This document shows positions 1 through 10,999 of a stretch of DNA of 64,000 bases, in pieces. The translations under genes were made by a program, and so were the position numbers. A model generated the notes under the pieces. That model ran no database searches and was not told where the DNA came from. It worked only from the letters and a program-made list of their open reading frames with translations. The stretch is from Podarcis melisellensis. Its lineage: Eukaryota. The number at the start of each line of letters is the position of its first letter. The first letter of the stretch is position 1. Location: the NCBI GenBank assembly GCA_964234715.1, contig OZ174287.1; one strand, written 5' to 3'.

Positions 1-404
1 AAAAGGCTTATTCCGTGCAAGAAAAACCGCTGTAGCTTGGTGCCTCCCCCTCAAAAAAACACACCAGGAAAACAGCTACCTCACTTCCAAAATAAAACAC
101 AAATAGTAAAGTCACCACCCTGAGAAACAAGCCATCCAGCTCAAAGAGAAAGAAGTTCAAACATTTCTAAAAGTAAAAGATAAAAATATATATATTTGGG
201 AGCTGCAAGGGATCTTGGCAGGCCCCAAGGGGGTGCCTGAGGCTGCCACAGAGTCCATATTGGGGACCCCAGTAATAGTGGGTATTATATACACATAGCT
301 ATAAGGGATCAGGGGTGTGTGAGGTGTTAGGGGAGTAGTACCTCTGGTGGGGGACATGTTATGCTCCTTCTGGGGCACTTTGTCCTTTCATCCCTACCCT
401 GCAC

Positions 405-965
405 TGCGCTCTCACCTGCGGCTCCTAGAAGCTGCCAGTATGTGATAGAGGCCACACCTGGGAATGTCTTCGACTGGCTGGCTAAGCCATGTGAGGGGAG
501 CCAAGGTGTCTCAAACCCTCAGTGAGTAAGGGACTTCCTCTGCGTGTGAATACAGGCTCCAGTGGACTGAGTGGATGAGATCAATAGCAGGTCCGATGGT
601 CAAGAAGGCGGTTGCAGAAGTGAGGGGCAGATGGGGCTCCTCAATTTGGGAAAGTAGCCCATCTAGGAGAAGGAAAACTCTGGTCCTAAACCTCCGCTGC
701 ATTGTGGGACATCTTCAGGGGAAGAAAAGGCAAAAGAGTAAACCCTACACAAATCCACTAAAACACAGTTATGCCTCCTTGCGACAACTCCTGTTGCCAA
801 ATATTTTGCTCTGCTATCCTCTGGACCACATCAGCGAGGCCGAGAGGGAGGCCTTGTTGTCTGGGCAGCCCAGGACCTCCATGCGCACTGCCCAGGCTTG
901 TGCCCCGAGGAGCTCACTTTAGTGCTGCTTACATAGCAATTTGACTTCAGCCCCGGAGGTGTTCT
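405..965 (+). mobile_element. RTE-clade LINE 5'UTR-like interspersed repeat
   Basis: Contains GAAGGAAAACTCTG...AAACCTCCGCTGC, recalled from RTE-type 5' regions. Boundaries approximate; not database-verified. Confidence 0.4.
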
Positions 966-2375
966 CCATCATCTCTTGATACAGACGGCTGCCAACAACA
1001 ACATAATGGATCAGCACACATTTTTGGATTCTCTCTGGGGGTGTAGCGCAGAGGGTTGTCACGGGGAGCTCCTGAAATCCACCACAACAATTCTGATGGC
1101 AGCTGCTGCAATCGCCACCGCCTCCCCTCCCTCCCACCATTGCTGTCCCCAAGCTAGAGAGAGGGAGCTGTTTGCAAGGCGCTTTGTTCCCCAACAGGAA
1201 TGGGGTGCGGGTGGGGAGTGGAGATGGTGGCCACGGAGCAGCTGGCCAGGAGGAGGAAGAGGGGGCTGCAACAGATGCCAGCATTTGATACGCTGCTATA
1301 CGCAGCTCAAAGCACATTTGCAGTTCTGGGGGCCTCTTTTTGACTGACGTCTGTTATGTCATAGAGCTTCACTGATTACTTTAGGCTTGCATACATACCC
1401 CATCAGAAACACATCCCCCCCCCCACAAACAAAAATAATATTTGGAACTGTATCTCTGTGATAGGAAAACTACAGCTCCCAAGATTCTTTGGAGGTGGGA
1501 TGTATGCTTTCAATTTCCTTTTAGTGCATGGTGTGTGGGCAGCCTAGGAGAGACTGCCCACGGAATGATCCAGAAGAGAGATGATCCACGAGGACTGAGA
1601 AAATACACACCTCAGTGTTTGGATTGAGAACTGTAGCAGAGCTGAAAAGCTGCCGTGGAGAATTCTAAACATCCTCCCCCAGTGTTCAATATATCACAAA
1701 ATTCCTTTGTACCTTAAGCAATAGCCTAGGGGGGTTCTGAAACAGTTAAAGAATTCTAAAAACAATCGCAGTGAAAAACATCTAAAAGCAGTTACAGCTG
1801 AAAACATTCTAAATGCAATGACAGTAAATAGCATTCTTCTGTCCAATGATCACAGAGTTGCCTGGAACAATATTCTTGAACCACCAAATGCCTAGGTAAA
1901 CAGGCTTGTTTTCATATTCCTCCGGCTATTTAATAATGATGGATGCAGGCATGCACCTCACGAGGGAGGACATTCCACAACAAGGGGGGGGCTACAGCTG
2001 AAAAGGCCCTGTTAGTGTGAGTTGCTGGCATTGTCAGCTGCCTCTTCAGACTCTCTGGAGCCTTCTGTACTTCTGCTTGAGCTGCTCTCCAGGGACTGCT
2101 CACTGTTGATGGGTAGGACCCCCATGCTCTCTTCTTGGGGTTCTTTGATGGGAAAAGAGAAGAAGGGAGTCTCTGTCAGCTCCGGGCTGTAAGCATCCTT
2201 TCCAACATGTAAGGCTGGGCCACTAGGGTGAGTGGAGTGCTGCCTCGCCAACTTCAGTGTGCACTCAGCCCATTTTCTTACTTGCAACCAGCCCAGAGGG
2301 TGGCCCTGGCTGCCAACATCCTCCTTAAGCCACATTTATGCCCTACGTTTTAAGCACCATGATATTACTTTAACC

Positions 2376-2622
2376 CATGGGTAGGCAAACTAAGGCCCGG
2401 GGGCTGGATCAGGCCCAATCGCCTTCTAAATCCGGTCCATGGACAGCATGTTTTTACATGAGTAGAATGTGTCCTTTATTTAAAATGCATGTCTGGGTTA
2501 TTTGTGAGGCATAGGAATTCATTCCCCCCCCCCTTTTTTTTCAAAATATAGTCCAGCCCCCCAAAAAGGTCTGAGGGACAGTGGACTGGCCCCCTGCTGA
2601 AAAGGTTTGCTGAAAAAGTTTG
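2376..2622 (+). mobile_element. hAT-type (Charlie/MER58-like) MITE
   Basis: 5' end catgggtaggcaaactaaggcccggggg; 8-bp target-site duplication CTTTAACC at 2368-2375 and 2623-2630. Confidence 0.7.
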
Positions 2623-2751
2623 CTTTAACCCATCATTCTTCCCTCAAAGAATCCTGGAAGCTGTAGTTTGTTATGGATACTAAGAAAAGTTGGGAGACAC
2701 CCCACCCATATTCCACTTGCAGAGCTACAGTTCCCAGAGTTTCCTGTGAAC

Positions 2752-3104
2752 GTAAAGGTAAAGGGAACCCTGAACATTAGGTCCAGTCGTGACCGACTCT
2801 GGGGTTGCAGCGCTCATCTTGCTTTATTGGCCGAGGGAGCCGGCGTACAGCTTCCTGGTCATGTGGCCAGCATGACTAAGCCGCTTCTGGCAAACCAGAG
2901 CAGTGCATGGAAACCCCGTTTATCTTCCCGCCGGAACGGTACCTATTTATCTACTTGCACTTTGACGTGCTTTCGAACTGCTAGGTTGGCAGGAGCAGAG
3001 ACTGAGCAACGGGAGCTCAGCCTGTCGCGGGGATTTGAACCACCGACCTTCTGATTGGCAAGTCCTAGGCTCTGTGGCTTAACCCACAGCACCACCCGCG
3101 TCCC
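2752..3104 (-). mobile_element. Sauria SINE
   Basis: Reverse complement of the copies at 4185, 15330 and 30125; (ACCTTT)n tail and tRNA-like head. Confidence 0.9.
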
Positions 3105-3573
3105 TTTTTTCCCCGTGAAGAGGGATTGCCTATTACTCCACTCTAGGAATTGGCCCAAGGGGCTCTGGGCATCACTGCTTTCCACCACACCACAGATGAA
3201 AACAGCAGCATGTTGTAGTATTATTTTGTTAAGATCTTCCTATTCACTCTTCTGGAAGGGGCAAATATTTGTGTATATCTTTTGCAGGGTGTGGAGCAGG
3301 GAATGGTACACCTGGTGCCTGTTAAGTACCAGCTGTCTGGATGCCCTCAAAGAAGGTGAGCTGAATAGCCAATTGAACAACAGTAACAAAACTTCCCAGG
3401 ATTCACAGGCGGCCTTTGTGTGATGCCTGATCACCAGGCCGGCCAAATCATCCCTGCCAAATTGCCAATTCAAACTCAGCGTTTTGTACTGGGAAGCCTG
3501 ACGGAGGCAAAACGGCTTTTTATTGACACATGGCACTCAAACGTACAGACTGGCTGTCGGGTTTCAGGCACCA

Positions 3574-3639
3574 TTAAGGAGAGCGGAGTGGACCGTAGCC
3601 AGAACTGACCCAGGAGCCGCCCTCTGCCAGGAAGATCAC
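3574..3639 (-). CDS. Candidate small-ORF gene, coding part of terminal exon
   Basis: Acceptor ...tcctgtacag; VIFLAEGGSWVSSGYGPLRSP*; AATAAA about 50 nt downstream (3524-3519). Confidence 0.3.
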   Translation of the reverse strand: MIFLAEGGSWVSSGYGPLRSP

Positions 3640-3797
3640 CTGTACAGGACTTCAGGGAAATGAATGAGAAATGCACAAGAACTTGGCAAAATTATGCTTT
3701 CCCCCCCCCTCCTGCATTTCCAGTTCATTTATGTGGGGCTTGCTCTAGAGATCTTCCTAATGCACCCCACTGGGTGCTGTAGGCTTTTACTCCTTAC

Positions 3798-3881
3798 ATG
3801 CTGCCCAGGCTTGCACCCCAGAGAGGTCATTTGGGTGCCGCTAACACAGAAGTTTGGCTTCATCCTGGAGGCACACTCCAT
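3798..3881 (-). CDS. Candidate small-ORF gene, coding part of exon 2 (exon 3798-3917)
   Basis: Polypyrimidine acceptor ttcttttgctttctaag, Kozak acaATGG, donor CAT|GTAAGG in phase 0. Encodes MECASRMKPNFCVSGTQMTSLGCKPGQH. No homology recognised. Confidence 0.3.
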
Positions 3882-4184
3882 TGTCTCTTGAGACAGACAG
3901 GTGCCAACAAGCTTTTCCTTAGAAAGCAAAAGAAAGTAGTTCAGCGCATCTGTTTTGTATGCAGAGGCTCCCAGGTTCAGACTCTGGTATCTGCAGATAA
4001 GAGTGGAAAATCTAGAAGGCCAGTGCTCTGACCAAGTGAAAAGCATCTTTTTATATTCCTATTAGAAATAAAGGGTGGTGGTCCCGGATTTTTAGGGGCA
4101 GCTGCAATCCAGTGGTTGACCACCTGCTTTGCATGCAAAAGTTCCTGTGTTCAATTCTTTGGCATCTCCCTACATGACCTGAAA

Positions 4185-4523
4185 GGGATGCAGGTGGCGC
4201 TGTGGGTTAAACCACAGAGCCTAGGACTTGCCGACCAGAAGGTCGGCGGTTCGAATCCCCACGACGGGGTGAGCTCCTGTTGCTCGGTCCCTGCTCCTGC
4301 CAACCTAGCAGTTCGAAAGCATGTCAAAGTGCAAGTAGATAAATAGGTACCGCTCCGGCGGGAAGGGAAACAGCGTTTCCATGTGCTGCTCTGGTTCGCC
4401 ATGCTGGCCACATGACCCGGAAGCTGTATGGCGGCTCCCTCGGCCAATAAAGTGAGATGTGTGCCGCAACCCCAGAGTCAGCCACGACTGGACCTAATGG
4501 CCAGGCGTCCCTTTACCTTTACC
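4185..4523 (+). mobile_element. Sauria SINE
   Basis: gggatgcaggtggcgctgtgggttaaacc...GGTTCGAATCC B box...cctttacctttacc tail; TSD TGACCTGA (4175-4182 and 4524-4531). Confidence 0.92.
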
Positions 4524-4644
4524 TGACCTGAGGTGGGAAGGAAAAAAAAATTCCTAAAACCCTGGAGAGCCAGCCAGTACAGACAGTTCTGAGCTAAATG
4601 GACCTGTAGTCTAACTTTTATCAGGCACTACGGCTACCTGTCAT

Positions 4645-4733
4645 GGATGCTTCAATTGAGATTCCTACATTGCAGGGGGGTGGACTAGATGGCCCTTGGT
4701 GGTCCCCTTCCAACACTATTTTTCTATGATTCT
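4645..4733 (+). mobile_element. CR1 LINE 3' end fragment
   Basis: ggactagatggccctt...cccttccaac...ttctatgattct terminal motif. Confidence 0.7.
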
Positions 4734-4835
4734 GTGTTCCAGCTAAGAAGCTCAAATGCCTCCGTCATCCTACAAGCCCAGCAACCTCACCACCTGCCAC
4801 CCAGCCTCTCCTCCTTTCTCTGAAGACACCCTTAC

Positions 4836-5050
4836 TTTTCCTGCGAGAGAAACTAGGTCAAGGAAAGATACCTCCTTTTGCAAATGACGTTTCGCACTTG
4901 TCACGGCTTGGGATCCTCATAGCAACAGCCGCCGTACTCTTGAGATGGCCTCCCCGCCCTCCGGCTCTCATCTCATCTGCACTTCCTGTATGCTCCAGCC
5001 GGGGGCAGCATTGTCTATCTGCCTGGATGTCTCGCATCCATGCGCATGTA
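4836..5050 (-). promoter_or_regulatory. Promoter-like element and candidate first exon
   Basis: Local CpG enrichment; TGACGT (4885-4890), RFX X-box half site CATAGCAAC (4918-4926), ETS cacttcctg (about 4980), NRF1-like CATGCGCATG (5039-5048); minus-strand donor AAA|GTAAGG at 4836/4835. Confidence 0.4.
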
Positions 5051-5360
5051 GACGGAAGGAGATCAAATTGCTTGCAGCCCCCTTTTAAAAATAAAAATGC
5101 TTAACTATTTAACAAGCAATGCTTCGCGAAACAAAAACAACAACAACACACACACTCCACCAATGCTTTAAGCAGCACTTCAGCTTGTGGTACATTATAC
5201 TTTCGGAATTGACTGAAAAATAACAACAGTTAGATGAAATCATAGTTTAAAATGATGTCCTTGTGTTCTCCTCCATCATCATCATCATCGTATGCCAGCT
5301 GTGGAAGGACGTAGGACGTGGTAGGGTCTCCTTGATCACAAGCCCCCCAACAGTCGGCAT

Positions 5361-5362
<2 letters not shown>

Positions 5363-5402
<40 letters not shown>
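5363..5402. repeat. (TG)n microsatellite
   Basis: About 20 TG units. Confidence 0.95.
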
Positions 5403-5407
<5 letters not shown>

Positions 5408-6662
5408 CCATCACATCAGACAAACGTGTTACTTTGGACAATGATTGCCCGCATCATTCCTGGTTAGAGCGCTGGGCTGGGGAGGCCCGGGTCGCGGGTC
5501 CCATCCCTTCTTGGATTCATGGCTTGCCTGGTGACTTTGGGACAGTCAGTCTCCTCAGCCTAACCCACCTCGCAGGGTTGCTGCGAGGATTAAATGGAGG
5601 CCGGTGGTTTCCATGTGTTCTGTCTGAGCTCCCTGGAGGAAGGATTGGATCAAAACGGAATGCCGCCCCCACTCTCAAAAAGGATAGAAAGAAAAGTGCA
5701 GGGGCTTAAATTCTGTGACCTGGTTCCTCTCCTATGGGAAAGGGAAGCACTCGGCATGACCTCAGAGGCACTCTTTCTTCTTCAAATATCCCTAGGGTGT
5801 GAAGGTATGGAAAACTGGCAGCGGGTGTGGGGTCGGGAATGATTTCAAGTATTTTCTAGGGCTAAGATCCTGTTCAGATTAAGCGCTGGCTGGCTGGATG
5901 AGGCATTCATCATCATCATCATCATTCCACCCTTCACCCCAAGGTTCTGGTATCAGATGTGTCCGGGGTTAAATCTTATCCACCGCCCTAGCTGTCGTTC
6001 CCTTCTTAGATGCACGAAGAATCAGTAGTAAAGCGTTCTGCACATGCTCAGAGGCACCCTCTTGGCTTCACATATTATACAGACGAGCCCTTGCATTGAA
6101 AAAAAATGGTTCTGGGGCAAAGGCTTCAATCTCATCCGATGCAGCCTTAAAACGGGGTGTGTTGGGGGGGGTGGGCGTGCGAGCTCTCCGGCCACCCTCC
6201 GCCTGGCGTTCCTCCCCACCCGCGACCCTCCCTTTGCCCCACTCTCCCCAAAGCCCCGGGGAGCGTTGCTGCTCCTGCCGCCGCTGCCTCCGCGTGTGGT
6301 TATTGCTGTTTAGCATTCCATCACGCACTCGCTTCCCCCTAATCACTGCTAGGAAAGCGGTGCCTTTACCGGCAACTTCAGACCTGCCAGGAACAGCTAA
6401 CGGCCCTGACTGCGCATGATTAGCTCATAAACACCACCCAAGCCAGGAAGAGAGAGGGAGAGAGCGCAGGGCCAGGACGCCTGGGTTCTCTGGCCAGGGA
6501 GCGAGGGGTCCAGAGCGCTGCTGTGTCAGGATGCCGAGGCTCTCTCACCAAGGGGGAGTGGCGAGTCGCGGCTGGCTCCGTGGCTCCATTGGGGCGGGTG
6601 CCTTGAGGGTGTGTGTACTGGATTGCTGTAAAATAGAGATACATCTCTCTGTCTCTCTCTCT

Positions 6663-6663
<1 letters not shown>

Positions 6664-6697
<34 letters not shown>
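6664..6697. repeat. (CA)n microsatellite
   Basis: Direct read. Confidence 0.95.
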
Positions 6698-6700
<3 letters not shown>

Positions 6701-8221
6701 CACACTCTTCCCTGCCCCCAGCCATTGATATTGGTTGTACTGACTCCATTGTTCTCTACTGCACACACAACTGATCGGGGATGGACAAGAGATATTGCAG
6801 CAGCAACCAGCACCTATTCTGCATCCCTGACGCAATGTGTATACTCATTAAGCTCACACTTCTGGGAGCTACTGTGAAAAGGAGGGAGAGTGCCAGTCGC
6901 TGTAACCATTAAGAGGGATTTGCAAACGATGAAGGATGTAAAACTGATCATTATACGTCAAGCATGCCACTTTTTGCAGACTCATTCAGCACTGCATGCA
7001 CACCTACATATAAACACATCTGCGCATGGGTAACATTGCCCATACGGACCCCACGTGCTCCATAAGCACTTGCCAGGATGCCATCGCAGTATACATTCAA
7101 AACAGGATATGTACATATAACACCATGTGTGCAAACTGTGTACACCACCCCAAAAATGTACACAGACACTGTACTGATGCACACAATCATATTTGTGTGC
7201 ATGCTCCTCATGTGTCAGATACAGGGAGAGAAATAAACACACCCACGTTGGGCATCATATATGAAGGCATTTTAATGCATGTGCACACACCAAGGGGACA
7301 CACACACATATGTACACCTTACATTGCAGTAATATGCACAGACAAACCATAGGTATGCCTTCACAGTATTTACCCTTAAGGAATGATCCACCCAAAGAGA
7401 CACACACAAATAAATAGATACAAGACAGCACAGATTTATGCATGTCTACTCAGAAGCAAGTAAATGTGCATAGGAATACAGCGCTATGCACACACTCAAG
7501 GGCAAATCCACAAGCTCCATGCACATGCCAATTTTGCACATGTATCCACCTATACATATGGCATGTCTGCACCTGCCCAAATTGTGTATATCTGGTACTG
7601 GTGTTACAATGGTTCTGTAAAATCGAGAGGTACAGTACAACAGAAATATATTAAATAAAACTAGCAAGTGACCCCCCCACCTATATATTGCCTTGATTTC
7701 TTTTTCACATTTGTACAGTATCATATCAGGGTCAAGGTGGCAGACATGGGACCGTCGCTTCTACATCACAACAGCCCTACAAGGTAAGTTACGAAGAACA
7801 GAAGAAACTGGCTTGCGTAGAGTTGACCCACCTAGCCCAAGTACACTGGCTGGCAGTGTAGGGCTGGGAGTGAGTGTCCAGGGTTTCAAACACAGGTCTC
7901 TCCCAGCTGTACCTGGAAATGGCAGGGGTTGAACCTGGGACCTTCTCAATGGAATGCATGAGCTCAGCCACGGAGCTTCAGCCCCTTCCTAAATTAGGCT
8001 CAAAGCCAGCAACTAAACTAAGGATAATCTCCAAGCTCATTCCAACCCAGGTATCTCCCTGGCCCAAGTCCACCACTATATGTGTAAGACTTGCAGCACT
8101 ATAATCCTATATCCAAAATCCACAGGATCAAACATAATGTTGCTGCATAGTGAGCAAGCTTTGGAGCATTTTCTGAACTCTTTCATCAGCCTAGATGTTA
8201 GGCAGATAAAGGAACACAATA

Positions 8222-8448
8222 CAGTCATACCTTGGTTGTCAAACGCCTTGGTACAGGTATGTTTTGGCTCCCGAACGCCGCAAATCCGGTTTACGAATGT
8301 TCTTTGGAAGATGAACGTCCAACGTGGCTTCTGATTGAGTGCAGAAAGCTCCTGCAGCCAATTGGAAGTCGTGCCTTGGTTTTTGAACATTTTCGGAAGT
8401 CGAAGGGACTTTCAGAATGGATTCTGTTCGAGAACCAAGGTACGACTG
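8222..8448. mobile_element. Tc1/mariner-type MITE (family A)
   Basis: TIRs cagtcataccttgg / ccaaggtacgactg flanked by TA; related copies at 42995-43244 and 46614-46847. Confidence 0.85.
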
Positions 8449-8772
8449 TATCTGCAGGTTGTAACAAAAAATGTATGTGTAATGTATATGGAGCTTTAGG
8501 GGCAAATGAGGGCCAGCAGATTTATCCTCACATGAACCCTGTGAGGTAGGTTGGGCTGAGAAACAGCAACTATTACCAATATTACCTAGCTAGCCATCAT
8601 TGCAACTGAGTTTGAATTCGCACCCTGGACTCCCCAGTCTTAACAAAACACCAGATCACCACACTGTAAAGTACCATTTATGTTCATCTCCAGCTTCACT
8701 GCTGAACAGGAATATGAACCCAGATCTTCATTCCACACTCTTCCCAGAACACCACACTGTAAAAGTAGTAGG

Positions 8773-9155
8773 AGGTAAAAGGTAAAGAACCCCCGGACGG
8801 TTAAGTCCAGTCAAAGGCGACTATGGGGTTGTGGTGCTCATCTCGCTTTCAGGTCAAGGAAGCCGGCATTTGTCCACAGACAGCTTTCCGGATCATGTGG
8901 CCAGCATGACTAAACTGCTTCTGGCACAACGGGACACCATGACGAGCACTAGAGCGCACGGAAACACTGTTTCCCTTCCTGCCACAGCAGTACCCATTTA
9001 TCTACTTGCACAGGTGTGCTTTCAAACTGCTAGGTTGGCAGGAGCTGGGACAGAGCAACAGGAGCTCATCCCATCCAGCGGATTTGAACCGTTGACCTTC
9101 TGATCAGCAAGCCCAAGAGGTTCAGTGGTTTACACCACAGCACCACCAGCTCCCC
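8773..9155 (-). mobile_element. Sauria SINE (second subfamily)
   Basis: Reverse-complement match to the 44452-44848 copy. Confidence 0.88.
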
Positions 9156-9321
9156 TTAGTAGTAGTAGTAGTAAGTAACAATAACAATAACACATTTGTA
9201 TTATTTATTACTGTATATTTATGAGATGCATCCCTATAAAACTGCAATAAACTTAAGAGACAACCAGCCTACGAACTCAGAAAGCAAAACCAGTGCTGAT
9301 ATTCAGCAGTAAAATACTATC

Positions 9322-9588
9322 TATAGCACTTCCAAGTGTTCAGAGCGTTTCTCCGTGCGCCAAGCAGTTCTAACCCCTTTAACAACTCTGTTAGCCAAGT
9401 CAGTATTATTACCATCTCTCCTCTCTGAGTTCACAGCCTCGGCCTCTATTTTACAGGGAGCGATGGGGCGGGTGGAAGTCAGTGCCTGGGTAAGACCGCC
9501 TAGCGGTTAGCTCATGGCAGAGCCGAGATTCGAACCGGGTACTTGGTGGCCCGCGGTCCCGTCGCTTAGCCGCTGCGCTACACCGGCT
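9322..9588 (-). mobile_element. tRNA-derived CORE/MIR-like SINE
   Basis: Minus-strand A box TAGCGCAGCGG (9580-9570) and B box GGTTCGAATC (9536-9527); MIR-like tattattaccatc...tattttacag body. Confidence 0.6.
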
Positions 9589-9599
9589 CTCATTGGATG

Positions 9600-10999
9600 T
9601 TCCTCTCCCTGTTCCGCGCACAAGAAGCTCTACCTACACCGCCTAATAGGTGCGCACGCACAAAAACTCCTGCTCCGTGCACGCGCGTCAGTGCAAACTG
9701 CCCATGTGCAGAGGGCAACCTCATGCGCAAAGTGAAGGCGGCGGGCGGGTGGCTGGAGTGGAAGCCGCCACGGGCCACTTGGGGGAAGGTTTTCCCACTT
9801 CGTCTCTTGGGACGCCCGGCCACGAGGGGGTTAACCGGGTCTCGCGTGGCTGTTGTTTTTTCGCTTTTCGGCCCGCGGGATCTCCCTGCAAGCCCCTGGA
9901 TCACCTTACCCAACCTCTCTTCCCTCTTCTGCAGCAGGGATAGGCGGGGACCAGCTCGCTTTCCCCTCCTCCTTACCAACAGTCCCCTCCACACTTCCAG
10001 GAATCACCCAGGAAAAAAAAAAAAGGCAGGAGGGGGAGGGCGAGGGGGAGGGAGCCTAGCGGGGTTTACACAGCCACTTCCTGCCAATCAGGAGCCTGCC
10101 AGCCACCTCCGGCGGCCAATGAAAGTTCTGACCATTCATAAAAATAAATACTCTTGCCACACTCCACCCCAGCCACACACAGGCACCAGGAATCCAAGCC
10201 TCTCTTTCCCCCAGCGTGTCAGTTTCCCCGTGAAACATACAAGCTCCTCTTGGAACCGGAGCAGCTCAAATATTATTCTTGTAGCTCTCGCTCTCTTTCC
10301 CGCCCTTCTCCGTCCCTCCAGCTCCCAGCACGATGCAGCCAGCAGCAGCCACACGCTGACATGAGATGCGAGTTCACCGGCTCTCGCTCTCTTCCTCCTC
10401 CTCCTCCTCCCACCGCCGACCAGCCCCGCTTTACTCCGCTAACGGGAAAAGCGCTTCAGAAACGCGCGCGCACATTCACACGCACTTCCAGGAAACCAGA
10501 AAGACGCTGCGATTCTTGGCGAGAGGAAACGGATCGGTCGGCCTTTCTGCGCGCACACTCCTCCCCCCTCCTTCTCCTCCGCCCCGAGCAACTTCCACCA
10601 CTTTCGACTCCTCTTGAGTAGTCCTAATCCGGGAGGTATCCGGTGTGTGTGTGTGTGCCGGGGAGGGGAGGGAAATGTGGGGGGGAGAGAGAGATTAATT
10701 GGCCCAGCCTGGGAACAAGCCTTCCATCCGGTGCGCCCCAGGCGCGCGGGGCGTTTGCAGACTCTGCTCGGCGCACCGCTTCGCCCTCCCGACCGCAACC
10801 CGCCCCCCTCGCCGGCGTTGCAAGTATGGCAAAGGCAGGAGATCGGACTGGGCTCGGTTTCGGCAGAGGATCCCGCGAAGGGAAGAGCATTTTTAAATTT
10901 TGATCCCCCCCGCACCCCACCCGTTTCCTCCCTCCCTCTCTTTTCTTCCACTCTTGGAGAGACACACACAGGCACCTCGCTGCTTTCACGCCGCCAGAG
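9600..10999 (+). promoter_or_regulatory. CpG-island promoter and candidate non-coding first exon, probably of the SOCS3-like gene
   Basis: High CpG density. TTCCAGGAA at 9995-10003 and 10486-10494, ETS cacttcctg at about 10075, CCAAT at about 10084 and 10116, TATA-like CATAAAAA at about 10137, and a strong donor GAG|GTAAGT at 10999/11000. The link to the acceptor at 17772 is inferred. Confidence 0.6.

Noticed and set aside
2668-3054. Recurrent ORFs with TCFRTARLAGAG or RKHVKVQVDK text
   Set aside because: Translations of Sauria SINE copies, not genes.
3288-3355. + strand exon-like segment (tttgcag ... AAG|GTGAGC)
   Set aside because: Isolated, with no partner exons or recognisable translation; may be chance.
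3640-3797. Intronic H/ACA snoRNA in the candidate gene (hairpin gcaccc...gggtgc and an ACA)
   Set aside because: No ANANNA H box and no second hairpin of adequate length.
6950-7660. Cys/His/Thr-rich ORFs and possible array
   Set aside because: Degenerate CA/TG low-complexity DNA; no regular repeat-spacer structure, so not CRISPR-like.
9480-9588. tRNA gene
   Set aside because: Has A and B boxes but no full cloverleaf, and continues into a SINE body.
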